Source: Candidatus Poribacteria bacterium (GTDB taxonomy: Bacteria > Poribacteria > WGA-4E > WGA-3G). Taken from it: 64,000 nucleotides of DNA. The stretch covers positions 16,508 through 80,507 of the forward strand of contig JAJEIP010000072.1 in NCBI GenBank assembly GCA_022827885.1, given 5' to 3'. Under the pieces are notes generated by a model. It was not told the origin of the DNA. It did not search any database and saw only the letters and a list, made by a program, of their open reading frames with translations. Below are positions 50,807 through 60,009 of this stretch, piece after piece. Each line of letters starts with the position of its first letter. Positions within the stretch are counted from its first letter, which is position 1. Made by a program: the position numbers and the translations under genes.

Positions 50807-51595
50807 ATGTGGGTCTTTATTTTTCTTTTTGGGCTGGCAATCGGCAGTTTTCTTAATGTATGTATCCACCGCATTCCGCTCTCAGACGTATCGATTCATT
50901 CGCCACGCCGCTCTTTTTGCCCTGAATGTAAGGAACCGATAAACTTTTATGACAACATTCCCGTTTTAAGTTATCTACTTTTACGAGGAAGATGTCGGTC
51001 TTGTAAGGCAAAAATTTCCGTTATATACCCGTTGGTTGAATTAGCGACCGCTGCCCTGTTTCTGTTCATGTTCTACCACTTCGGGTTAACCCTCGAACTT
51101 CTGCTCGCGCTCATTTTTGTTACGCTACTCATACCAATATCTGTAATTGATGCAAAGCATTATATTATTCCAAATGTCCTCATCGCGACGGGATTGATTC
51201 TCGGTTCGGTGATTGTCTGTGCGATCGCATATCAACGTGCCGATGTATTGTATCTACTCACGCGCCTCATCGGTGCCGTTGCTGGATGGACGGTGTTATG
51301 GCTGATTGCCGTCATTGGCAGTGCTATCTTACGCAAAAAGGCGATGGGAGGTGGCGACCTCAAACTGATGGCGCTCAACGGGTTGTTTCTCGGTGCATGG
51401 CCCGAACTCGTGATGGTAATCGCCTTCTCTGCCGTGAGTGGTGCGATTGTCGGGAGTGCCTTGATTATCTCTGGACGGAAAAGTCGGCAGAGCCCTATTC
51501 CGTATGGTCCCTTCCTTGCGGGTGCCGCTGTACTTGTACTTTTATGGGGGGATAGACTCTGGGGCACCTACTTGCGATTCGTTGGATGGAATTAA
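50807..51595 (+). CDS. Prepilin peptidase (A24 family; PilD/GspO)
   Basis: The N-terminal Zn-binding CPECK...CRSCK tetracysteine is present. Multiple TM segments are present. The DUF/A24 catalytic Asp regions are present. Confidence 0.85.
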   Translation: MWVFIFLFGLAIGSFLNVCIHRIPLSDVSIHSPRRSFCPECKEPINFYDNIPVLSYLLLRGRCRSCKAKISVIYPLVELATAALFLFMFYHFGLTLELLLALIFVTLLIPISVIDAKHYIIPNVLIATGLILGSVIVCAIAYQRADVLYLLTRLIGAVAGWTVLWLIAVIGSAILRKKAMGGGDLKLMALNGLFLGAWPELVMVIAFSAVSGAIVGSALIISGRKSRQSPIPYGPFLAGAAVLVLLWGDRLWGTYLRFVGWN

Positions 51596-51667
51596 TTGTA
51601 GGAGGGATTTGTAATCCCGATCAAGCACACGCCGTGTGCCGTAGTCATCTAATGCCATGGAGAGAAT

Positions 51668-53047
51668 ATGAAGATTTTTTGCCTAATCACCTGCCTCCTG
51701 CTATTCACCTTGAGCCAGCAGATTGGGCAGGCACAACAAATGACTGTGACAGAACCAACGGAAGAATCTGCCGAAGGTTTTATTGAACTCGGAATGCCTT
51801 TAGAAGAAGCCCTCACCAAAATTACTTTCATGTATCCAAGTTTAAAAAGCGGGAACTTGATCGGAGCGATCATTTTTGAAGGTGAGGGTGTAACCCGGAA
51901 GAACGACTATATACAACTCAGGAAACCGATAAAACGTTGGTGGGCCGGTGAAGAAGAGGCGTACAGGCACAGTTATTATACGCTTCTATCTAAATATGCT
52001 ATTGAAGGAAATCGGTATATTTTTGTGCCTTTAGGAGTGAATGGTGGGGGGTCAGGAACCTTTTGGGATCTCAATGTGGTGGATAAAAAAATACTCAGAA
52101 GCGTTGAGTCAGTTGGATTGGGAGATCGCTCGCGCATTGAAGAGATCGCTTTGGCTGATGCACATAGTGATACTGTGACTATCACCTATATTAGACGAAA
52201 GGTTATTAAAGGTGAACCCTCTCATGACCCGAAAAAAGCAATAGAAAAACACTTTAGGATGATAGAAGGCATACTGCGAGAAGTGGAAAACCCGTTAAGT
52301 CCGTCCGATCCTGACACGATATTCATTCCCGCAGGCGAATTTGAAATGGGAAGCAACGATACAGATGCGGAAGACGATGAAAAGCCCAGACACAACGTCT
52401 ACATTGATGCATTCCATATAGACAGATATGAAGTAACAAATGCAGAATATAAAAAATTTGTTGATGTGAACCCGCAGTGGCAAAAAGATCGTATTTCTGA
52501 AAAGTATCACGATGGAGATTATCTGAAACATTGGAACGGCAACAATTACCCACCTGACAAAGGGAAACATCCAGTTGTTTATGTAAGTTGGTACGCGGCA
52601 ATGGCATACGCCGAGTGGTGTGGGAAACGTCTTCCGACAGAAGCAGAATGGGAGAAGGCTGCGCGTGGAGATCGGTACGGTAGAGATTACGCGTGGGGCG
52701 ATTCTCTTGATCCAGATAAGGCAAACTACGGTGAGAACATTGGTGATACAACCCCTGTTGGGAACTATGATACGAATGGATATGGTTTATACGATATGAC
52801 AGGCAACGTGTGGGAGTGGTGTCTGGATGAATACGATTCGGATTTCTATGCTATCTCTCCGTCTCGTAATCCGCTTGCGGGTGGAACTTTAACTAATTGG
52901 AGAGATGTTAGAAGTGTTCGTGTATTGCGTGGTGGTTCTTGGGCAAGTAACGCCAAGTTTGTGCGAGTTTCCGATCGCACACGGTTCACGCCACGGATCA
53001 CCAACAAAGCGCGGGGTTTCCGTTGTGTGAAGCCTGTAACACCTTAA
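51668..53047 (+). CDS. Formylglycine-generating enzyme (FGE/SUMF1) domain protein with N-terminal domain of unknown function
   Basis: It has a signal peptide. The C-terminal FGE-sulfatase motifs are YAWGDS, GLYDMTGNVWEWCLDEY, RVLRGGSWAS and RGFRCV. Confidence 0.8.
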   Translation: MKIFCLITCLLLFTLSQQIGQAQQMTVTEPTEESAEGFIELGMPLEEALTKITFMYPSLKSGNLIGAIIFEGEGVTRKNDYIQLRKPIKRWWAGEEEAYRHSYYTLLSKYAIEGNRYIFVPLGVNGGGSGTFWDLNVVDKKILRSVESVGLGDRSRIEEIALADAHSDTVTITYIRRKVIKGEPSHDPKKAIEKHFRMIEGILREVENPLSPSDPDTIFIPAGEFEMGSNDTDAEDDEKPRHNVYIDAFHIDRYEVTNAEYKKFVDVNPQWQKDRISEKYHDGDYLKHWNGNNYPPDKGKHPVVYVSWYAAMAYAEWCGKRLPTEAEWEKAARGDRYGRDYAWGDSLDPDKANYGENIGDTTPVGNYDTNGYGLYDMTGNVWEWCLDEYDSDFYAISPSRNPLAGGTLTNWRDVRSVRVLRGGSWASNAKFVRVSDRTRFTPRITNKARGFRCVKPVTP

Positions 53048-53136
53048 AGCGAAGTTAACAAATTGTGAGAAAACCAGCACCTTGCAATTAACGGGTCAGT
53101 AGGGTATAATTAAATCCTATAAGGAGGGATTCACTT

Positions 53137-53706
53137 ATGGATGTTAAAGACGCGATTCTTTCACGACGCACCATTTTTAAGTTCAAACCGGAACCGGTGC
53201 CGAACGATGTTATCGAACAAGTTTTCAGTTACGGAATATGGGCACCCAATCACCATGTCACGGAACCGTGGCGTTTTATTGTGATCGGTGAGCAGACAAA
53301 ACTAACGCTTGCAGACCGCTACCGAGACATTAAGATTGAGGATACACCCGACCACGTGGATGCCGAGAATCTTGCCAAAATCGGTGAATTGGCTTACGAG
53401 AAATTCATGTCTAAGCCAACAATTATCGCCGTTTCATGCATACAGGAGGGCGATGAGCAACGCCGACGCGAAGACTATGCCGCTGCCTGTTGTGCAGTGC
53501 AGAACGTCCAGCTCGCCGCGTGGGATGCTGGCGTCGGTATGCAGTGGAGCACCGGTAGAATTACGCTCGAAGAACAGACGTATCAGTTGCTCGGAATTGA
53601 TTCGTCACAAGAGTACATCATCGGTTTCTTCTACACGGGGTATCCCGCCGACATCGGCGCACCGAAACGACAACCGGCAGGCGAGTTCATCCGTTGGGTG
53701 GCATAA
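53137..53706 (+). CDS. Nitroreductase family protein
   Basis: The N-terminus (ILSRRTIFKFKPEPVPNDVIEQVFSYGIWAPNHHVTEPWRFIVI) is typical of NAD(P)H nitroreductases. An AAGGAGGG RBS is present. Confidence 0.8.
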   Translation: MDVKDAILSRRTIFKFKPEPVPNDVIEQVFSYGIWAPNHHVTEPWRFIVIGEQTKLTLADRYRDIKIEDTPDHVDAENLAKIGELAYEKFMSKPTIIAVSCIQEGDEQRRREDYAAACCAVQNVQLAAWDAGVGMQWSTGRITLEEQTYQLLGIDSSQEYIIGFFYTGYPADIGAPKRQPAGEFIRWVA

Positions 53707-53786
53707 AACGGAAAAGTAGTAGGCACGCTCCGTAGTACCGTTCACTCTGTAGAGGAAGGTGTCTGCGCTTCGATTACCCTACTACT

Positions 53787-54623
53787 TTAAAGCGATAATT
53801 GATATGCTGCCGTGGCGTTTTGATAGAAAAACTTCGCCTTGACTGCATCGCCTTTCGCACTGAAATAGTCGTTCACAATCTGTTGCACGACTTTATACGG
53901 CGCGAAGCGCTCAGATACGGGCCAATTGCTTCCGTAGATGAGCCTATCCTCACCGAATGCATCCCATAACACATCTATTGTTGGGGTGTAATAGGCAACA
54001 TCCGTCGGTGCGGGGATTTGTCCTGTGTGTTCTGCGAGTCCGGATACTTTGCAATAGATGTTTGGGTAGCGAGCCACTTCATGAATTGCGGAAACCCAAC
54101 TCGGATCGGGTGGATCATCTGATATTCGCGCACCTGCGATGTGGTTGATGACGATGTGCATCTCTGGTGTGTGTTCAACTAAGGTTGGCAAAACGGATAG
54201 CATCTCGGGATTAATCAACAGGTCCAAAGTGAGTGCTTTCGCTGCCAATTTTTCAATATTAGCTAAGAACGTGTTGTCACCGATGGCACGTAGGTGTCCC
54301 CCACCGAGGCGTATCCCACGAAAGAGTGGATTCGCAGAAAACCTTGACAGGGAGGCTTCAAAATCCGCGTCGTCGGGTTCTAAGTGTCCAACGAACCCTA
54401 CAATGAAAGGCTCATCTGCGGCGAGGTCCAGAATCCACTGGTTATCCTCAAGCCATTTGCTCGCCTCAACGACGACAGTGCCTGTCGCGCCTTCGGGAAC
54501 AGCGAGTGCTTTGTAATCTTCTGGCATAACCTTTCGGTAGAGCACATCATCGTCTGGATTCGGCCACGGGACGCCTTTCGGACGCGTTGGATCGTAGAAA
54601 TGTGTATGTGTATCAATAATCAT
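53787..54623 (-). CDS. Amidohydrolase-2/TatD-like TIM-barrel metal-dependent hydrolase
   Basis: The N-terminus is MIIDTHTHFYDP (metal-binding HxH). Its length is 278 aa. The start ATG directly abuts the start-proximal repeat. Confidence 0.7.
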   Translation of the reverse strand: MIIDTHTHFYDPTRPKGVPWPNPDDDVLYRKVMPEDYKALAVPEGATGTVVVEASKWLEDNQWILDLAADEPFIVGFVGHLEPDDADFEASLSRFSANPLFRGIRLGGGHLRAIGDNTFLANIEKLAAKALTLDLLINPEMLSVLPTLVEHTPEMHIVINHIAGARISDDPPDPSWVSAIHEVARYPNIYCKVSGLAEHTGQIPAPTDVAYYTPTIDVLWDAFGEDRLIYGSNWPVSERFAPYKVVQQIVNDYFSAKGDAVKAKFFYQNATAAYQLSL

Positions 54624-54877
54624 TTTTTAATTTTACCTTGCGCGGGAACAACGGTCGTTAGAACTTTAACGTGCGTTCTTTAGATCCGCCTGCGCGTTTT
54701 TGCAATGTAATACAAGGAATGGATTTAGTCTATTCCCAGACTAAATCCGGTGTTTATGCGTATTGTTGCAGGCTCACGTTTTTGATGTGATGAAGAACAT
54801 GAAGTGCCACTTATTTTAATTTTGCCTTGCGGAGGAACAATGGGCGTTAGAACTTTAACGTGCGTTCCTTTTATCGT
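54624..54877. repeat. Segmental duplication: ~60-bp unit TTTTAATTTTACCTTGCG(C/G)GG(G/A)AACAA(C/T)GG(T/G)CGTTAGAACTTTAACGTGCGTTC at 54624-54682 and 54814-54877
   Basis: The second copy contains the RBS, the ATG and the first 11 codons of the TPR lipoprotein gene. The first copy is a start-less pseudo-copy in the amidohydrolase upstream region. Confidence 0.7.
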
Positions 54878-55664
54878 AATAGGACTCTTAACCTATTTGC
54901 TGTTTGGCTGTAATCCTTCTGATCAAACACAGCAACAGAATCGGGAACTGCAACGCGATGTGTTAAGACTCAGAATGGGGCAAGCACTCAATCCGACAGA
55001 TGCGGAAGGGTATATTCAACTCGGTATAGCCTATCGTGAACTGGGCGAATATGAGAACGCTATGGAGTCTTTTCAAAATGCTATCGCGCTTGATGATAGG
55101 CACCATCACGCCTATAACAACCTCGGTTTGGTTTACGCCGATCTCGGCTTGTATATCCTTGCGATTGAGACCTTCCGCACCGCACTTGAGCTATCCCCGG
55201 GAAACCCTGCCTTCTACAACAATCTCGGCTATGCTTACGACATGACAGACCAGTTCGACGAGGCGCTTGCCGCCTTTCAAAACGCAATTGAGACGGAACC
55301 GACCTTTGCTGATGCCTACTACAACATGGCGAGTGCCTACCTCCACCGAGAAATGTATCAGGATGCTATTCAAAATTATGAGGCAGCCCTTGAGATAGAG
55401 GAAGGGGATGCCGATACCTATTTTAACCTCGGTCTCGCTTACGAGGAGAGCGGTGAATTTCTTCGCGCCATCCAATCCTACGAAAAGGGCTTATCCCTTG
55501 ATGACAGTGATCCAGAAGCCTATTATCGTCTCGCACAAGTGTATGAAAAAAATAACGATCCGCTCATGATGCGTCGCTATCTGGAGATCTTCTTGGAACG
55601 CGCACAAGGTATTCCTTATCTTGAAGAACAGATCCGTACTGCCGAGAAGATGTTTGATAGGTAG
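54840..55664 (+). CDS. TPR-repeat lipoprotein
   Basis: The start ATG at 54840 lies 5 nt after GGAGG. The lipobox is LLFGC. At least six TPR units are present (YIQLGIAYRELGEYENAMESFQNAIAL...). Confidence 0.7.
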   Translation: MGVRTLTCVPFIVIGLLTYLLFGCNPSDQTQQQNRELQRDVLRLRMGQALNPTDAEGYIQLGIAYRELGEYENAMESFQNAIALDDRHHHAYNNLGLVYADLGLYILAIETFRTALELSPGNPAFYNNLGYAYDMTDQFDEALAAFQNAIETEPTFADAYYNMASAYLHREMYQDAIQNYEAALEIEEGDADTYFNLGLAYEESGEFLRAIQSYEKGLSLDDSDPEAYYRLAQVYEKNNDPLMMRRYLEIFLERAQGIPYLEEQIRTAEKMFDR

Positions 55665-55666
55665 TA

Positions 55667-55760
55667 TTTTCTAATTTTCCTTGCGGTTCGGTAAGACAGG
55701 ATTTGGCAGGAAAGCTGTTTTCCGTATATCCGCTTCCCACTTCGTTCCCAGCTGCGCGCT
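55667..55760 (-). repeat. Orphan copy of the composite repeat (TTTTCTAATTTTCCTTGCGGTTCGG...TTCCGTATATCCGCT...)
   Basis: It shares the CCGCAAGG module and the TTCCGTATATCCGCT module with 15715-15790. No gene start is adjacent. It sits at the left edge of the AT-rich R-M island. Confidence 0.6.
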
Positions 55761-55770
55761 TTGGCTTTGA

Positions 55771-57093
55771 TTATTGGTTAAAGTAAGCATTTTTTCTCAA
55801 AATCAGCAGGAATTCCGACTTCATTCCATCCGGGTTCTTATTTTTTCGCGCACCGAAGAGTTTCCGCGTTTTAATCCTGTCCTCGTAGACTTTTTCAAAT
55901 ACAAACCCGCGTTCCGTGAAATACTCCGCCAATATTCGCCACAGTTCAACCGTTATGCCGTCAATCCGTGGATTGCCGACGAAAATACAAGCGGCTGCAC
56001 CCGGTCTCAGTTGATTCATCGAATTTTCAAGTGCGTTGACTGTGTGACAGAAATAGGAGTCGAGCCGTTTCTGTAGGTCGTCCCGAGTGAGCATCTCCCT
56101 GATTTTGTTCAACGTTTCTGTCTGAATCAACCGGTCTGCTTTCCGATACGGGATTTCAAGCCGTGATAATTCACGGATCTCCTCTTCGGTGTGTCCTAAC
56201 CAGAAGAGGTCCATTTTTGTAGAGCGGATGTATTCTTGCGCTTGGAGATACGGCGGCGATGTGATTAACGCGTCGCATTCTCTCGGCACGGGGACATAAG
56301 ACGAATCCACACCCCCATGAAATTCAACCGTGCCCAGATGTTCACACTGGTGCTGTGTATGCATCACGAAGTCATTGAGGTTTTTTAATGTTTTCAAGGA
56401 GAGACTATATACCATCTCATCTAACTGTTCTCGCCAATTTTCCTTGAGCAGCTCCGCTATCACGTTCAATTTACGCTTGGATCTGGCGAGCTTAGGTGTT
56501 CTGTCTTCTGTATAGGAGAAACGTTTGTTAACCTTCAACAACGCGGATTTGATAAGGGTTGAATAGATGCCATCGTCTGTGTTGTGAATGAAACCCCAAT
56601 ACCGCGATAGCACCTCTAAGATTTCCGGTGCGTACCAGTAGTCAACATTTGACCAATGCGGTGTGAATTGGCGTTTGCTTTTTCGCATGCCCTCCAATAG
56701 CTTGTGCAAATTCGCTTCGCTGAGCAATTCTTTCCCGCGGTAGACCTTGAGTGGCATGATGTGATTCAAGAGCGGGTTCAGATCGAGTAGAACGGCGTTG
56801 CGTTTACACAGATACGCCTCGACCCCCACCGTCCCCGAACCCGCGAAAGGGTCAACAACCCAATCCCCTTCCGCTGTGTAGGTATTGATGGCGTACCGGA
56901 CGACTTGCGGAATGAATTTCGCAGGATACGCGAAAATAGCGTGTGTCAGATAACCGGTATCCTTGATTTCAGGGACGAGTTCTCGGAAAGAAACCGATTC
57001 TATCTCATCGGATGTAGAGTCGTTTTTTGGAATCTTAGTCCCGGCATCTGTGCGAAAAAGCATGAGTTGTTTTTTCAAATTATGGTTTTTCAT
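55771..57093 (-). CDS. DNA methyltransferase (type II, amino-methyltransferase; N6-adenine or N4-cytosine)
   Basis: The AdoMet motif is I DPFAGSGT, preceded by the PF01555-like HAIFAYPAKFIPQVV. The catalytic motif IV is SPPY, about 200 aa downstream. The sequence is AT-rich relative to its flanks. Confidence 0.85.
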   Translation of the reverse strand: MKNHNLKKQLMLFRTDAGTKIPKNDSTSDEIESVSFRELVPEIKDTGYLTHAIFAYPAKFIPQVVRYAINTYTAEGDWVVDPFAGSGTVGVEAYLCKRNAVLLDLNPLLNHIMPLKVYRGKELLSEANLHKLLEGMRKSKRQFTPHWSNVDYWYAPEILEVLSRYWGFIHNTDDGIYSTLIKSALLKVNKRFSYTEDRTPKLARSKRKLNVIAELLKENWREQLDEMVYSLSLKTLKNLNDFVMHTQHQCEHLGTVEFHGGVDSSYVPVPRECDALITSPPYLQAQEYIRSTKMDLFWLGHTEEEIRELSRLEIPYRKADRLIQTETLNKIREMLTRDDLQKRLDSYFCHTVNALENSMNQLRPGAAACIFVGNPRIDGITVELWRILAEYFTERGFVFEKVYEDRIKTRKLFGARKNKNPDGMKSEFLLILRKNAYFNQ

Positions 57094-58210
57094 AATATGC
57101 TTTCAAAAACAGTAAGTCTCTGATGTATTGTGCCTTGTCTGACAGTGCGTTTAAAGGAATAGTATCTTCTGTCCAAAGTGGGATTATCTTTTCAAGAATA
57201 TTATCAATTGAATCTGTCAATGCTTGATAAGATGCGTAGTTAAAAACAATTCCTATTTTTTCATGTTTCTTATTTAATAGTTTAATATTTGATTGTCCAG
57301 AAAATGAAACGACTTCAAGTTCTAAACTTGCTATCGCGTAGGCAATCCACAAGTCATCCCAGTCGCTTACTAAATTAACAATAGTGGATATAGCCTCCAA
57401 AACATTCTCATTTTTACTGCCTATCCATTCAAAGAGCGATTTTGCTATTTCGTCGGTACCATAAGCCATCTTTAAATAAATATTTTCTTGCAACTTTACT
57501 TTGTTTATAACAATCTCGTTGAAAGAGTCTTCGTTTACCATAATGTGCTCCTTCAAAGACATAAACATTTTTTTTACCGTTGAAGCCTTTTGTTGTGAGT
57601 CCCGAGGGTCCCAAACACATATGAGATACAGTAGATCGTTTTGTGGAGTTTCGTAAGATCTTAAGACTTCTCGTAACAAATTAACAAGTGATTCTTTAGC
57701 TGTCGTACCGCCGGTGTCATCCCTTGAGCGTAACTGAATCACAAGTGTTTTTCTGTTCATGGGATCGGATGCCATGACATCAATATCGAGGTTCGGAGGT
57801 TCGTCTGTCTCAAAGATATCGCCTAAAAGTAAAAGTCTGTCTTTATTTTTCTCCGGAACATGCTCACATTCACCATACTCCTTCAGAATATCCTGTATCA
57901 TCTGTTCAAGCACTTTGCCTTGTCTTGCTCGAAATGAACTGTGAAAGTATTGATGGAAAGCAAACATAAATGGGTAATAAGAAGCAAGCGTATAGTTTGA
58001 GGCAAGATTTTGGGCGCGCTTTATTCCGGCTGCAAATAGTTTTATTTCATCTAAATCCTTTTCCCGTTCCTCCAACTTTTCTTCAAATAGAGATTTAATT
58101 ATATCTGAGGCAAGACCGAGGGGACTTTTAAGAATATTTTTAACCATCTCAGTTTCTTCACTGAAGTCCATCAGATGTAAAAATTTTCTTTCAGGATATG
58201 TGTTTTGCAT
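57080..58210 (-). CDS. Putative cognate type II restriction endonuclease (hypothetical protein)
   Basis: It overlaps the methyltransferase gene by 14 bp on the same strand. It has very low GC and no recognisable family motifs, as is usual for REases. Confidence 0.4.
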   Translation of the reverse strand: MQNTYPERKFLHLMDFSEETEMVKNILKSPLGLASDIIKSLFEEKLEEREKDLDEIKLFAAGIKRAQNLASNYTLASYYPFMFAFHQYFHSSFRARQGKVLEQMIQDILKEYGECEHVPEKNKDRLLLLGDIFETDEPPNLDIDVMASDPMNRKTLVIQLRSRDDTGGTTAKESLVNLLREVLRSYETPQNDLLYLICVWDPRDSQQKASTVKKMFMSLKEHIMVNEDSFNEIVINKVKLQENIYLKMAYGTDEIAKSLFEWIGSKNENVLEAISTIVNLVSDWDDLWIAYAIASLELEVVSFSGQSNIKLLNKKHEKIGIVFNYASYQALTDSIDNILEKIIPLWTEDTIPLNALSDKAQYIRDLLFLKAYYEKP

Positions 58211-58299
58211 AAAGTGGGTTCTCTGTTATGTTAACACTCAAGATATGAATGGAGTTTATGAAACAGTTTCAGGAACGTTATATTATGCTATTAAAAACA

Positions 58300-59529
58300 T
58301 TACTGTAATTCTTCCTCAGTTAACTGAAAATCGAAGACCTCTTCATCTTCTTGCGTTCCTTCAATTTCTTCCTCCGTTAACTGAAAGTCAAAGACTTCTT
58401 CCCCTTCTTCTGTATCTGGTGTGCTGACTTCTTGAACTTCCTCTGTGGGTTGTGGTGCCTCTTGGACAACAGTGGAATCCGTCGTTTCGAGTTTTGGAGA
58501 ACTCGCACCGAGAATCGTTAACCCCACAATTCCGACGACGCAGACAGTCGTGACCGTCAGTGCCACGGGGCGTTTCCAGAGGACAGCACGTTCGCTTTTG
58601 TCTAAGAACGGGAGGAATAGCAAGAGCACCATACCAACCGTCGGGATTACAAATGTCCCCACAATTTCGAGAGGACCTTGGAAATACTTCAGCAGTTGAA
58701 ACAGGAATAAGAAATACCATTCGGGGCGCGGATCGTAACTCGCGTTCGTTGGGTCGGCGACATCTTCAAGCGGGACAGACATGAACAACGCAGCGGCTGC
58801 CAAGGCAACAAAGAGGATTAGCATGCCGACAACATCTTCAAAGACCTGATCTGGATAGAACGGTTTCCCCATCTTTATCTCTTCTGGGGTGTTCTGTGGG
58901 GTGCCCGAGGAACCGTAGTAGCGAACGAAGAAGAGGTGCACACCCACCAAGCCGAAAGCCAGCCACGGCAACCAGATTGTATGGAGGGCATAAAATCGAG
59001 ACAGTGTCACCGCACCTATCTCGGTTCCACCGCGCAGGACCTTCGCAACAAAATCGCCTAATATGGGGGCAGTGCTGGCGATTTCGACACCGACAACCGT
59101 CGCCCAATACGCTTTCTCATCCCACGGAAGGAGGTAACCCGTGAATCCGAAGCCGAGGACGACCAATAGTAGGAGAACCCCGACGATCCATGTAAGTTCA
59201 CGTGGAGCTTTATATGAACTGTAAATGACGACGCGGAGCAGATGCAGAAAGACGATGATGACCATCGCACTCGCACCCCAATGGTGTAACCCACGCACGA
59301 ATGACCCGAACGGCACCTCTTCGCTGATATACGTTACCGCATTATGGGCATGCTCCGGTGAAGGCGAATAATATAATGCCAGAAACGCACCCGTAGCTGC
59401 CTGAAGTAACAGTAGGAACATTGCCAAACTGCCCAGTGAGAAAAGCAGGTTGATGTGTTTCGGCAAAGGTTTGCGTAAATGTGCGGAGAACTCTGCTAAC
59501 GGGAGACGTTCGTTGAGAAATTGACGCAT
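58300..59529 (-). CDS. Cytochrome b (bc-type complex) with C-terminal acidic repeat tail
   Basis: Heme-ligand His helices are present (GLHHWGASAMVIIVFLHLLRV; HTIWLPWLAFGLVGVHLF). Eight TM segments are present. The C-terminus carries two tandem 19-aa units, EEVFDFQLTEEE. Confidence 0.85.
   Translation of the reverse strand: MRQFLNERLPLAEFSAHLRKPLPKHINLLFSLGSLAMFLLLLQAATGAFLALYYSPSPEHAHNAVTYISEEVPFGSFVRGLHHWGASAMVIIVFLHLLRVVIYSSYKAPRELTWIVGVLLLLVVLGFGFTGYLLPWDEKAYWATVVGVEIASTAPILGDFVAKVLRGGTEIGAVTLSRFYALHTIWLPWLAFGLVGVHLFFVRYYGSSGTPQNTPEEIKMGKPFYPDQVFEDVVGMLILFVALAAAALFMSVPLEDVADPTNASYDPRPEWYFLFLFQLLKYFQGPLEIVGTFVIPTVGMVLLLFLPFLDKSERAVLWKRPVALTVTTVCVVGIVGLTILGASSPKLETTDSTVVQEAPQPTEEVQEVSTPDTEEGEEVFDFQLTEEEIEGTQEDEEVFDFQLTEEELQ
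58313..58401. repeat. 57-bp tandem direct repeat (2 copies) encoding the acidic C-terminal tail of cytochrome b
   Basis: The units TCCTC(A/C)GTTAACTGAAA(A/G)TC(G/A)AAGAC(C/T)TCTTC lie at 58313-58344 and 58370-58401. Confidence 0.7.
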
Positions 59530-59997
59530 CTACGTCTCCTTCACGTACAGAATGCCGGCTTCGACTTTCGTTTGGAGTTTCTGCAACGGACGCGGCGGGG
59601 GGCCGGCAACAACGATTCCGTTCTTGTCGAACACCGCGCCGTGACACGGACAGAGGAAGGATTCCTTCTGTTCATCCCATCGGACAAGACACCCCAAATG
59701 CGAACAGGTTCGGGAGAAGACATCCCACTCTCCCTTCCCTGCGTCAGTTACGTAGACAGAGCGTTTTTTCGTCGCTTTGACCCAGCCGTCTTTTGCAGTG
59801 AAGGTATAGTCCACCTTTTTAAAACGGCTGTTTTTGAGCCGGGCGGCGAGACCCAAGTCCACCCATTTCGACTCCCCTTTCTTGAAGGCAGGCGAAATCG
59901 CAAAGCCGATAAGTGGGATACCCGCAGCGAGGCTCAGCACTCCCCCGATAAGGGCTGTTGCGATTTCTAAAAATGAGCGTCTGCCCTTCTTCTCCAT
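59530..59997 (-). CDS. Rieske [2Fe-2S] iron-sulfur subunit
   Basis: It has a Tat signal (RRSFLEIA). The Rieske boxes are CSHLGC and CPCHGAVF. It lies immediately upstream of, and is co-oriented with, cytochrome b. Confidence 0.9.
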   Translation of the reverse strand: MEKKGRRSFLEIATALIGGVLSLAAGIPLIGFAISPAFKKGESKWVDLGLAARLKNSRFKKVDYTFTAKDGWVKATKKRSVYVTDAGKGEWDVFSRTCSHLGCLVRWDEQKESFLCPCHGAVFDKNGIVVAGPPPRPLQKLQTKVEAGILYVKET

Positions 59998-60009
59998 CCA
60001 TTTTCTCCT

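Noticed and set aside
54384-54683. 99-aa plus-strand ORF ending ...TTVVRTLTCVL
   Set aside because: It is an artefact of the duplicated 5' segment of the TPR lipoprotein gene. It overlaps the amidohydrolase gene on the opposite strand.
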